Shown one piece after another: positions 13,611 to 26,526 of a DNA stretch of 64,000 bases (position 1 is the first letter of the stretch; each line of letters starts with the position of its first letter). The stretch lies in the NCBI RefSeq assembly GCF_006345805.1, contig NC_043011.1:63748464-63812463 (forward strand). Direction: 5' to 3'. The notes under the pieces are model-generated. The model had not been told where the DNA came from and did no database searches. It saw nothing but the letters and a program-made list of their open reading frames with translations. Origin of the DNA: Octopus sinensis (lineage: Eukaryota). Both the position numbers and the translations under genes were made by a program.

Positions 13611-16593
13611 AATTTGTTCTCCATATTCTTATGTTATATGCACCGTGATATGTAGAATTTTTATTCTGTCACACTATTTATAAGTATCAGAAATAGTCTC
13701 TGTGAATTTGGTAATGTTTCACGAACGTCTGCTATCGTAACTGACTGTCGAATTAATGTCTATAAAAGATGAAATGAGTGTTTTCGAATTACATTTTGAC
13801 TAATATTTATTGTAAATGAAATGGTTTCTGTCTGTCTTCTGTAGTCAGCGTACTGAAATAAAGTCTGAGAGCGCTGGAGCAGATAACCTCTTTCCAATTT
13901 CTTCGTTTCCGTTACGAAAATTAATGCTACTATATCATTAGTAGTTACCATTTACACGATTAAAAAGTCAAATATTTCTGATTCTTAAGAAATATATTGG
14001 ACTACACGTATGTAGAAATTTCAACAGTAGAATTTGATATATTTAATAAACCTGTGTAACACGGATTTCTCTCTGGGTAGCTAATGTTAGTTGTTGTTTG
14101 CTTAACCTTAGAATGAATGAAAAGTGTCTAATATTTCTTTAAACTTTGCATTTTTATATTTATTCAAAACCCCGAAAATACCATTCAATACTTGGCTATA
14201 GTGCTCCACTGCTCATCGATCATCTATAATAGTTGAGCAGAAGTTTGAAGAGAAAACTAGACATTTCCTTTGATTTCAAAATAGAAGCAAATAGGAAATA
14301 ACTCGTCTTTATGATTTAGCTTTTACTTGTTTCAGTCATTTGATTGTGGCCATATTGGAACACCATCTTGAAGATATTTTTAAATTGCACAAACGGCTAT
14401 TGGGACATATTTTGTTAAAAATCTAGCACTACTTCTATAGATCACTTAGGCCGAACCACAAAGTAACAAGGACGCAAACAAACCAACAGTGTTTGCCAAG
14501 GGAGACAATGGGAGACAAATACAGACCGAAGGACACGAAGACACATGACAGTCTTCTCTTACTTTCTGTCAACCAAACCCACTCACAGTGTTTGGTCGGC
14601 CCTAGGATATAGGAGAAGACACACGCCCATGGTGCCACGCAGTGGAAAAGAACCTGGATTCCTGTGGTCGGAAGCAAGATTCTAACCACCTCGGTCTTTG
14701 GTTAATCATTTATAAAGTAACCTTATTCAGAGACCGTTTGAAAAGAATGGGCTATTCAACCTGAAGAAGCCTTATGAATAGGGTATTTTATCTGGAGACA
14801 GTACAATTCAAGACAGTCTGGGGTTACATAAAATGGAGTATAAGCAGTGAAAACGATAAAATAAGTTTTAACTGTGAAAACTTCCCCAAAACAGGAGTAG
14901 TTTCTAAAAGTTGCCCCTGGAAATTCCACAAAAATGACATAGTCCGGACCACTGTGCCAAGTTCCTTCCCCTTATACTCTATCGATGCGTCGTTAGAATT
15001 CACTCTGACCATTTTTGCCATATTCATACACCTTTTAATAAAACTGCTGGTACGCAGTACTTCTCACTCTACCCTCACTTTATTTTGCATGAGCACCCGG
15101 CCAAAGTAGGAAGTATCTGTCTTCAGTATTGCCAACCACACAACAATTTTCACCAAGTTTTCCATACAAAGAAACACTGCCTGCTCTTCCAAGCCAAAGT
15201 AAGTTGGTGAGATGATATTCACAATGGATTCAGGTGCGAACTGGTTTGTTGCTAGATCTATTGTTCTACTTCTCGTTACATTTGTCTTGTATAAAACTGT
15301 CCTCAAATTAGTCCCTTTCTAGCCAGTTTTAGGGACATATTTGGCCGTCAGTACTCTACGATACAGCTTGTGATTATTTCAAATCAATTCATTTGCAAAA
15401 CCTTCTTCCATTACTGCCTCATCGCATCGGCGATACCGGTCACATGGGATATGCACGCTTGTTCTTGTTTCATTTTATGCTAATGAGGATATTGGTGGTG
15501 ATGGTGGTGGTGTTCGGTGCACTATTGCCACTGATGGTGGTGGAGGTGGCAGTGTTCTCCCCATCTTGTTTTTTGTTGTGATTATCAGCATCGGGAATTT
15601 ACTTTAATATATTTCCCGCGCTGTTTTCTTCTTGTAGTTACTGCTCTTGATACTGTCTCTTACTCTTACAATTTTACTGTCTGTTTTGTTGTGTGGAAAA
15701 CAAGCTGTTCTTCTCAGCGGACAGACACCCCTTGTCCTTAATCTGTCCTTAATCTATCTGTTTTTAAACAGAAACTGAGAGACTTGTTAGTGTAAAGAAA
15801 CAAATAACTCTGCCGCTTCAATGGCTACAAATGAAATCTTTAACAATAACAAATGCAAAATATACCACTTTGTACAATAGTACAAACAACAACAAACTTA
15901 CGAGAGCGAGGCACAGTGCATGTCAATCGATGAACAATGACAACAACAACAACAGCAACATCAATAATAATAATAAAATAATGGATCAAAGATATGCAAT
16001 TACATCAATAAATATTTATTTCTGCATGTATTCAGAATATATTTCATAGAGACAGTTTCAAGACTAATTACTGACTGGAACCTGACCTGTAATGAAAGCG
16101 AAATAATATGTATTGAAGTATTTGAATAAAACATTGATTTTTATTTAAGAAGTTGTTTATTGCATATAATTCAGTAATGTGGGTTTAGGTTTCTTTGAAA
16201 AACTATCTAACGTGGCCTCTCATAATTTCTGATGTTATTTGAGGATTATTACGGGAGCTTAATAAATATTATTAGATATATTAAGTTTTAATCACATGGA
16301 GAATCAAGACAGCGGGCTGGCGCTTGTTTGTACGCCGGATGCAATTCTTCCTGTCATATAGTCCGGCTCTTTATCTTCTCAGTTCAAATTGTGTAGAACT
16401 CAACTTTGCATTTCATCGATTTGGAGGTAAATATATAAAGTAGCGGGGTTTATGTAATGGACTTGTCCGTGAAGAGTACAACGAACTCTTGTCCCTTTCA
16501 ATGAAAACGAGTTACCTCTGTTCTTTATACAACATGGAGACAAGATAACCGGACTTTTGAGTCCAAAGATTCTAGGTAAAATATTGGAAGTCC

Positions 16594-16598
16594 TTAAA
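16594..16598 (-). CDS. Paralog P2 probable terminal coding exon (G+TT = Val, then TAA), followed by about 430 nt of 3' UTR
   Basis: ctgcag|TT TAA is conserved at the homologous P3 position (40075-40079). AATAAA at 16156-16161 is conserved with P3 39656-39661. Inferred without transcript data. Confidence 0.5.
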
Positions 16599-17388
16599 CT
16601 GCAGACATACATACATACTTGTATACAGATAAACATACTCGCATACATGCAGACATATATACACGCTTACATGCATCTTCTTAATAATTATGTTAGATTG
16701 ATTTGATTTGTTTCTCCATAAATATAACGCGTTGATATGTTGTAAATATGTAAAAATACAAACGTGAAAGCAATCAAATTATTTCTATTATTCTTACATC
16801 AAATATATTCTTAGTTCAATTTCTCTTCCATCACTTCAAGGTATATATAAGAGGTACCGTGAATATGATTTGAGGTTTCATAATGCCAGCGATTGAAATG
16901 CTAGCGGTTGAATTTGCTACGTTAAGAAGATAGAAAAACAATTATAATTTAATGGTGATCACAGCATTTCAACTTCAATGCAACTTTTAAGTTCATGTGA
17001 ATAAGATTAATATATAACTGCTGATTTATGATTTGCGCGGTTAAATTCATAACAGTATATTTAACGGTTACGAACAGATTTTTTATTCACCATTAAGGGT
17101 TACATAAAGAGGGAACAGACTAGGGGATGTGCATAAAATGATAGACGAGGTTAAAAATTTAAAATATAAAATATAATAGATAATCGTTATGAAATGAGAG
17201 ATGGGTGTAACTCCACAAACCACTTTCCATCAGTGAAGCCTTTATGATCCTTTTTCTTCTCACTTAAGCAGACTCATACACTCAAAATGCTTGCCAACTT
17301 CTCTTCTTCTTCCTTTCTCATATACACCTGAAGGGGAAAGCATCATTCCTCCAGCCTTATTTTCTATTTAAGGCGGAAAATTAAAAAT

Positions 17389-17760
17389 CTAACCAAACCA
17401 AGGTTGGAGATGAAGATCTCTGTCAGTATTCCTTATATGGGTTTTCTGCACACAACCTATTTTTCCACAGCCACTACAGACAGAAAACATGCCTTTCTTT
17501 GCCTGTTCAGAGATGGCGGTGGAACAATCTTTATTATTGACTCGGAAAGTACTTATGCAATTCCCAAACGTGACAGTAGTTCTTCGACAGAAACCCACAA
17601 TTCCGAAAGCTTCGGACACTGCACAATTGCGAGCAGAACAGTTTCACTGCTCTGCTCGCATCTTGGACAAGTGGGCGATCATAAAGAACCATGCCTGGCG
17701 GGTTTATCTCTAACTGGTAAGGTTCCTCGGTAACATTGCCAAACCAGGGAGCTTGGGAAG
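17389..17760 (+). mobile_element. Probable decayed non-LTR fragment (endonuclease-like)
   Basis: FRDGGGTIFII resembles the DRxxxGGGVxxxV motif of LINE APE domains. Not seen in duplication copy B. Confidence 0.3.
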
Positions 17761-18070
17761 TTATACAAAGGCCCGGGAATAAAGCACTGAAGTGCCTATA
17801 CATATACTTCATAGAAAATTTCTCAACGAGAGAATGTATAGAACCATAAAACAGCTGACATCCAAAATCGCCTATAACAATGATTTAGGTTAGGTTAATT
17901 TGTTCGTTTTCCAAGTACTAAATTTCATTTTAATGTTAGGGAGACATCAAATCGCGTTAAGAAATTATAATATTGTCGTGTGAAATAGAATTCGTTGATG
18001 TTTCGTTTTTGCTTTACTTAGTTTCTACTTTCAAACAATTTAAACACTGAAATCATTTTAAATAACATAC

Positions 18071-18159
18071 CAACGCAATTATCATAATGGAGCTTGGTGA
18101 AGTGTTCAGCACAGGCATGACTCACTTCTTTTAAACAGGAAGAAAAGTACTCCATACGG
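18071..18159 (-). CDS. Paralog P2 exon 3: RMEYFSSCLKEVSHACAEHFTKLHYDNCV
   Basis: Long polypyrimidine tract ending ctctgcag|C and donor G|gtatgt. 89 nt, phase 2 to 1, open frame, C-x7-C-x11-C. Confidence 0.88.
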
Positions 18160-18599
18160 CTGCAGAGGATGAAAAGAAAAAACGAAAAATAGGTAAATAT
18201 ACGACAGAAATACGATAATCAACCATGAAATGTATCAACCACAGTTTTACACACGCGCCCACCCACTCGCACATAAACACACAGACACATGTATAGATGT
18301 GTGTGTGTGTGAGTGTGTGTTCGTCCGTGCGTTTATATGTGTGTGTGTGTGTATTTGTGCGTAAATGTGTAGTATTATGTACGTGCCAATTGATATATGA
18401 GTGTGCGCATAAATTTATGTTTGCATGACTATATGTGTTCTGTATGCATATTTTCAATGTCTCTCTTCATATATTTAATCCCTATACACACACATACACA
18501 TGCACACTCACACACACACAAACACACAATTACTCACACACGATTACACACACATTTGCTCTCACACACACACGCACGCACACACAAAGACACCCCCCC

Positions 18600-18901
18600 A
18601 CATATATATATATATATATGATTGTACATATATATACATATATACATACATGAAGCGTGGCCTAGTTGTTAGGCCGCATATATATGTATATATATGTATA
18701 TATGTATATATATATATACGTATATATATATAGGTATATATATGTATATATACATATATACATATATATATATATATGAATATATATATATGTATATATA
18801 TATTTATGTATATATGCATATATATAGATGTACAAATATATATATATATATATAAATACATAAAATATATATATATGTATAAATATATATATATATGTAT
18901 A

Positions 18902-18962
<61 letters not shown>

Positions 18963-18963
18963 G

Positions 18964-18996
<33 letters not shown>

Positions 18997-19020
18997 ATAT
19001 GTATATACGTATATATATAT

Positions 19021-19081
<61 letters not shown>
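18600..19081. repeat. Degenerate (TA)n/(TG)n microsatellite
   Basis: Direct reading. Confidence 0.95.
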
Positions 19082-19085
<4 letters not shown>

Positions 19086-19391
19086 GAAGTGATGAAAATG
19101 CTGACAAAATAATTTAAGAAAGGGAGAGTGTATTTAATTAGGTGAAAGTTCTTTTTACCGGTTGCGCATTTGTTACGTTTATCAAAAGATAGAGTTCCTT
19201 TCTGATTGATTTTTTTGTCGTATCTATTAAGATAAAAAAATCAATTAGAAAGGAACTCTATTTTTTGATATGAGGAACTCATATCTTTTGATATGCATAA
19301 CAAATGCGCAACCGGTAAAAAGAACTTTCACCTAATTAACTACACTCTCCCTTACTTAAATTATTTTGTCAGCATTTTCTTCATTTCCTTT
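19082..19391. mobile_element. Foldback MITE (arms about 140 bp)
   Basis: aaaggaagtgatgaaaatgctgacaaaataatttaag...ccggttgcgcatttgtta is mirrored in reverse complement at the right end; flanked by TA repeats. Confidence 0.8.
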
Positions 19392-19449
19392 TTTTTATAT
19401 ATCACAACTCGTGTTCCACATCTTTTTTAAATATATATATATATGCATC

Positions 19450-21990
19450 AGATAGAGTAGCAGCAGAACTCCTCTTTAATCTAATGAATGAATACTTCCT
19501 GACTCAGCTAATGCTCGAACCAACGAGACAGAATAAAACGATCTTGGATCTAGTATTGACCAATCACTCTAGCTTCGTTCACAGTATTTCAGTTGAATAA
19601 ACTATCCTCTCAGACCACGACATGATACTCTGCAATTTTAATTCCCGTCATATAAAAACCAAACCAGCCAATCCCACTCCATGGCACCCATTTGACAACA
19701 TAAACTTCCACAAAGCGGACTGGGGAGCAATCAGAAAGGATCTGTCTTTCATCGACTGGTCATTTACTCTCAATTCCACCCATATTGAGACCGCATGGCA
19801 GCACTTTGAAAACATTGTCACATATACATGCTCTAAACACGCTCCCACGAAATCAACTAACGCAAACGAAAACCGGGCCCCTAAAAAGAAAAATAAACAC
19901 TCATCAGGCGCATCAAAAAACTCAAAAAAAAAATCAACCAATTAAAATATTCCCACACACAACATCCACATTCAACAACAAGGAAAAGGCTAGAGCTGGA
20001 AAAACCTCATCTGCAGACCGACATGAAAACCTCAATTGAAAATCAAAGAGCTGTGGAGGATCAGTGGGTAATCAAAAACATCAAACAGAACCCAAAAGTG
20101 TTCTATTCTTATGCAAGTAAGCATAGAACTAGTCTCACCCATTGGGCAATTGATTGATGATAACGGCATTCCCCAACACGATGCTAAAGAAATGGCAGAA
20201 ATACTGCAGAAACAATACTGCTCTGTCTTTAGTGTTCCAACTGATATTGACGTAAGAGAAGCGAACGAAGTTGACTCCCAACAAAACATCTTAGACATAA
20301 CCTTCACTGCCACTGACATCGTAGCAGCAATAAATGAGGTTAAATACTACTCTTCTGTATGCCCTGATAGATTTCCCGCCAGTCTCCTGAAGGAATGTAG
20401 CTATCAACTTGCAGTCCCTCTGACCAACATCTGGAGAAATTCGTTAGACGCAGGTTATATATCGAAAGAGTTTCTATCCCAGTCAAGTCATCCCGGTTTT
20501 CAAACAGGGAGACAGATCCCTCGCACTCAACTATCGCCCAATATCACTCACCTCCCACATCATTAAAGTGTTTGAAAGAGTGTTAAGATCAAGGATAGCT
20601 GACTTCCTGGAGACCCAGAAAATCCTAAATGCAAATCAGCATCACTTTCGCTGTGGCAGGGACTGTCTAACACAGCTCTTACACCACATTGAAGATGTAC
20701 TCAAAGCCTTGGGAACAGGACCGAACTCTGACGTCATATATCTTGACTTCAGTAAAGCTTTCGACAGGGTAGACCATAATATCCTACTCTCAAAATTGGC
20801 AAATGTTGGAATCCGTGGAAAAGTTCTACACTGGATCAAGTATTTCCCGGCGAATCGAACACAACATGTTGTAGTTGATGGAGTCAACTCAAGCCCAGCA
20901 AAAGTCACCAGCGGTGTTCCCCAGGGGACTGTCTTGGGTTCGCTACTCTTCATAATTTACATAAACGACCTTTCCAGTGTCGTACATTATTGAAAAGTGA
21001 AAGTATTTGCTGATGACACTAAGCTCCAGCAAATCGTAAATGAAGAAGCAGACCGAACTCAACTCCAGTCTGATCTATATGCTGTGAGTCTATGGGCAGA
21101 CAGAAACAAAATGCAACTGAACGAGGGAAAATTTCAGCTGATGCATTTTGGAAGAAATTCCTCACTAAAACAGAGATACTTCCTTCCTTCAGAGGAAACG
21201 CTCACAGCCTCTAACAATATCAGAGACCTGGGTGTAATTGTTGATGACGATCTCAGTTGGAGTGCACACATCAACAATAAGGTCGATATAGCTCGTAGGA
21301 TGAGTTCCTGGATCTTAAGAACTTTACGGTCCAGAGAACAAGGTCTCATCATACCACATTTCTCCTCCTTTGTACGGCCACTCATCGAATACTGCTTCCC
21401 ACTGTGGTCTCCCAATACAAGACAGAACATCTCCAGGATTGAATCACCCCAGAGGGCACTCACTAAACGAATTGAAGGCATGGCTGCTCTTGATTATTGG
21501 GATCGCCTTAAAGCCTTGAAACTTTACTCTCTCCAGCGTCACCGTGAGCGGTACGTCATTTGTACGATGTAGAGAATATACCGCCGACTTTTCCCGAACG
21601 ACCTGAACATTAGCTTTAAGGTTCATCTAAGACTTGGACCACGGGCCATACGTCCCATGCCCAAATCAAGATCACAGCATACATGTACACTGCAACACAA
21701 TTTCTTTTCCTCAACAGGCCCTTCCCTATTTAACTTTGTCCCGAAAGAGATCAAAGAGGAAAAGGATCCCCTTCAAATTTAAACGGAGTCTGGATAGATT
21801 CCTTCAAAGAATACCAGATAAGCTACCCATAATTGGATACAACTCACCCAACAAGAACTCACTACTTGAATGGACCATAAACAAAACTTGACTTAAACAG
21901 GTTTCGAATAATCCTATCAGGTAGTGCTATTAAGTTAGACATGGCCTTGACCAATCTTTGGTTGAAACATATCTAAGCTTATCTAAGTTT
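19450..21990 (+). mobile_element. 5'-truncated, frameshifted CR1-clade LINE (ORF2 reverse transcriptase) in P2 intron 2, antisense to the gene
   Basis: YLDFSKAFDRVDH, SGVPQGTVLGSLLF, FADDTK, RDLGV and RPLIEYC motifs across ORFs 20111-21891, with stops and frameshifts; short tandem tail atctaagct/atctaagtt. Confidence 0.92.
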
Positions 21991-22034
21991 ATATATATAT
22001 ATAAATGTATATATATAGGTATATATGTATATAT

Positions 22035-22090
<56 letters not shown>

Positions 22091-22252
22091 GTATATATAT
22101 ACATATATATACACATGTATATATATTTGTATATATATATATATTTTACATGTGTATATATGTATATATATGTATATATATATATATGTTTATACATGTA
22201 TATATATCGACATATATATATATATATATATGTATGTAAATATATATGTATA

Positions 22253-22323
<71 letters not shown>

Positions 22324-22330
22324 ATATGTA

Positions 22331-22372
<42 letters not shown>
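21990..22372. repeat. Degenerate (TA)n microsatellite
   Basis: Direct reading. Confidence 0.95.
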
Positions 22373-22374
<2 letters not shown>

Positions 22375-22549
22375 GGAGTAAACACATAAATGTGAATGTG
22401 AAAGAAGGTGCAAAAAAGAGTACTCAAATACCAGTGGTAGAATAATATGCTTTATTTAAAGCAGCAGAACATTCTACAAAACACGTTACTCTGAGTTTCG
22501 CGTTGCCGTTCATCGGACAGTTTTTGTTATTATATATATATACACATAC

Positions 22550-22643
<94 letters not shown>

Positions 22644-23291
22644 GAGCACTTCTGACGCTTCGCGCGACGCTCCACTCGACGACGCTCTTAATGCAAAACT
22701 TCACAGATATTACACAAGTTTCTTTAAGGCAGAAGAGTTGTGTCTCTTTTTCGGGTCCTGAAGCATCTAAGGATCCAGCCTGTTACCCGCCTGCATATTT
22801 ATGTCATCTGAGCAATGCGCTCATGGAAAGTTACGTCGTTGCTCATGTGGATTCCTTGATCACGCACTGACTAACTCTCTGATTGCATAGCGTGCTGGTC
22901 CCGAGTACTTCAGATGTGGTTTGTCTGTTGGCTGACAGAGTGCTTGAAATTTTACACCATTGAACTGCATATTCTCCTCACATTTATATTTTGCGTTCAA
23001 GTCGATCTGCAGTCTTCCGATGTCAGTAGGATCCTTAACCGTCTGCGATATTTTTGTATCATTGGTTTAGCTAATGATTGTGGACATCCAATTATATATA
23101 CATATACCTGTAAATATATTTATTCATGCATATATTCATGTATATACATGCATATGTACATACATATATAACTATATACATACACACATACATACATAGA
23201 TACATACATGTATATATGTACATGCATATGTATATATATATATATATATATATACATTTCTAGTTTCATATATATATGTATATACATATAC

Positions 23292-23351
<60 letters not shown>

Positions 23352-23408
23352 CTGTGTGTGTATGTGTGTATGTGTGTATGTGTGTATGTGTGTGTATTTG
23401 CATGTATT

Positions 23409-23440
<32 letters not shown>

Positions 23441-23687
23441 AAATTAAAGTTATTGAACAAACAAATGCAAGGTCAACCGAATAGCATTTCATAATTCGAA
23501 CATTTAATCATAGAATATACATATAAACATCCCACGAGATGGAACATAATTCATCTGCACAAGCATACAAGCATATAATAATAATAATAATAATAATAAT
23601 AAGGTGCGAGAAAAATATGTTTTCATCACAGTTTAGAGTTAATACTTTAGCGATTCAGAAAAATACACCCTGTAAAAGCTAAATCAA

Positions 23688-24317
23688 TTACTTCCTACAA
23701 ATTATTTTATTCCTGTAGGTTTTTAGGAATGTAGAAGAAAATTTATGTATACAAAAGGGAATCACGTCCGTAAATTTATTCAGAATATGCGGTCCATAAC
23801 ACCTAAGGATTGTAAGTGATTCCCTTATGCATAGCCTACACTTGTTGATATTTCTCTTGAAATTTGGGGTTTTAGAAATGATGGACCATTCTAGATGATA
23901 ATTCTTATTATTTTTCTTCAAGTTCTGTATATGCGATGGAAGTGTATTTGAGTTACAGTATTAGTCGTTAGCAAAAGAGCTCATGTGTGATCTATATCTC
24001 GCCTTGAAGTCTATCGTACTACCTATATAAAATTTGTTTAGCTTATCTTCATCCCTGACTACACATTTATATATTACGTTGGTAACCAGACAGGAACCAT
24101 CCAAAGGACATAATTCGGGTTTTCTAAAGTTACATGTCTTTCCGGGGCCTTTCCTAGTTTTATTCCTATTGTTATCTTTACTTATTATATCTCCAGTTCC
24201 AGACGGGTTTCCCTCTTTCCTTCCCTCAAATCTTCCCTTATTACATGGGTTCGATGTACCCGGTAAAGGTAGACTGCTTGTAGCTTTGGTATTAGGCGTT
24301 ACATGATTATCAAACAC
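23688..24317 (-). mobile_element. Penelope-like element 3' fragment (GIY-YIG endonuclease)
   Basis: CPLDGSCLVTNVIYKC...FYIGST.DFKARYRSH..SF and WSII...KCRLCIRE are typical of the PLE GIY-YIG domain. Confidence 0.85.
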
Positions 24318-24555
24318 AGTTCCTTGGTCATCCTCAAAGGAACGGATTTTTGTCAGTGAACAGGTCGTGGACTTTAGCGACGAAAATATTTTGACAAATT
24401 GAACTTAAATGTTGAAGTGAATCGAACGGCTTTTGTGTGTTTCTTAAATGGCTTACAAACACCTTCCACGCTGCAATTGTATAAATAGTTATTGAAAAGG
24501 ATTATAGTGTGTGGAGAATGGAGGTCATCTCCGGAAATATTTTGATTTATATAAT

Positions 24556-24598
<43 letters not shown>

Positions 24599-24739
24599 TT
24601 TTGTGTGTGTTTGTGTGTGTGTGAGAGAGATAGAGAGAGATATAGAGAGTGAGAGAGTGTCCCTGTTTGTGAATGTGCTTGTGGGAGCCTTTGCCGCCGT
24701 GAGCGCTACATCATCTGCTGGATATGGAAGAATATTCCA

Positions 24740-25110
24740 TCAGCATTAGCCAAATGATGTTGACGTTGCTTTTAAGATACACCCAAGACTTGAACCTTGT
24801 GCTATCCACTCACAACATAAATCATATCAGCTTCACCTATTGCAGCCCAATTATTTCACCTCAGTAGGCCCCGCTCTTTTTACCATTACACTAAAGCACA
24901 CTAAAGGAAAAACAGACCCCATAAATTTCAAGAATTCTTTGGACAAATTCATTCAAAAAAATCTCGGATAAACTCCCTGCACTCCGTAAACAATAACCCT
25001 CTCCTTGAATAGGCCATGTTTTCCGATTCCTAATTTGAATAACTTTGCCAGGTGGCGCTCTTAAGTTAGACATGGTCCGGGCAGATACTGGCCGAAAAAT
25101 ATCAAAGCAT
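24740..25110 (+). mobile_element. CR1-type LINE 3' end fragment
   Basis: Similar to 21600-21960 (ggccccgctcttttt, cttaagttagacatgg) and ends in tandem atcaaag units. Another remnant lies at about 25250-25660. Confidence 0.6.
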
Positions 25111-26426
25111 CAAAGTAAGTATCAAAGTGAGTGTGTGAGTGTGTGTATCCGTGTAGATTTATATAGACTCATAATAGTTTCATGTATGTTAAGTATTCAT
25201 ACCCAAACCTCAATACAGGAAATAAGTATGTTCATACACTTTTAATATTATAGAGTCGGGTACCGTTCGAAAGCCAAACGAAAATAGAATTAGAAGCTAT
25301 ACAAAGAATTTTTTCTTAATGCGACCTGTCAGCCACCATGCTATGCTGAATGTCATAATCTCTATTCCCTAGAAGGGAGGAGGAAAAGACGAGCGTGGAT
25401 ATACATCTGGAATATTTTGGAAGAATAGTGGCACAAATATCAAGACAGGGTGCCATTCCATTGCGGTGAAGATCCCAAAATTGCTACCAGCAGAGGGGAC
25501 AAAATACAGAAGAAGATTTGGTTTCATGGGACCAGAGATTTTCAATATCACCCCCAAACACCTGAAAGACCTCCAGCGGAATGGAACAGAATTTAAACTT
25601 TTCCAGCGGATGATCGCGGATGATAATTTTCTCTGTTTCTATCACATGCTCTAGGTAGGATTTAATGAGATGTGATATATATTTCTACATATGTATGTAT
25701 ATAAATGTGTTTGTGAGTCTAATTATTGGTTAGTATTAATTTTAAATGAAGTTGTATAGAAATTGAAATGTCTACCATCAAATTACATGCCTGTAATATT
25801 CATGTTTGATGGTGCTTCCGGCAGTTTATTGCATCTATCCTTTTGATTCTGTTGAACCGTTAATATCTGCACCTTTTCTCCTCTCTGTATTTGTTCTTTG
25901 CCTCTCAATGTTTTATGTGGAAGTGCACATCCTCGAAACGTCAAATACTTTTCCATTCTTTCCAAACACTAAACTAATACGACGGGCTTCTTTTAGTTTC
26001 CCTCTACCAACTCAACTAGTATGGCTTTGGTCGAGCCGAAGCTACAGTAAAAGACTCTTCAAATAGACGTCAGTGACATTTGAACTCAAAATGTAAAGCC
26101 AAACGAAATGGTGCTTAGAATTTTGTCCGAACGTTTAGCAAATCTGCCATCACATTGCTCTCATTTTTCTTCCAATATGGTTAGAAAAGTGGATTGCAAA
26201 TTTACTATACAACGTTTCATATAATAATATGCAAAAAATGAACAGCTTTAGCAGTCAGGGAGTAAAAAATCTGAGCACGAACTTTCAAAATAGCTCTTTC
26301 TTCATTACCATTAAAATATATTTTTAAAAATGTTTGTCTCATTTTTTGATTTCACTTCATTAACAAAAATATAAAAATATAAACTATTGTAATAGGGGAG
26401 GTTGTAATAAGAAAACGCATACAAAC

Positions 26427-26526
26427 TGGCAGTACTCCGTGTCTGGTTTCTTTTCAGGAAACATTTGCATAGCTTTTGGGCACAACTCTTTGCTATCTTT
26501 GGGGCAATTCTTTTGTGCGGTGATCC
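26427..26526 (-). CDS. Paralog P2 exon 2: (G)ITAQKNCPKDSKELCPKAMQMFPEKKPDTEYC(H)
   Basis: Acceptor aaatttttcag|GG. 100 nt, phase 1 to 2, weak donor CA|gtttgt, C-x7-C-x16-C spacing. Confidence 0.85.
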
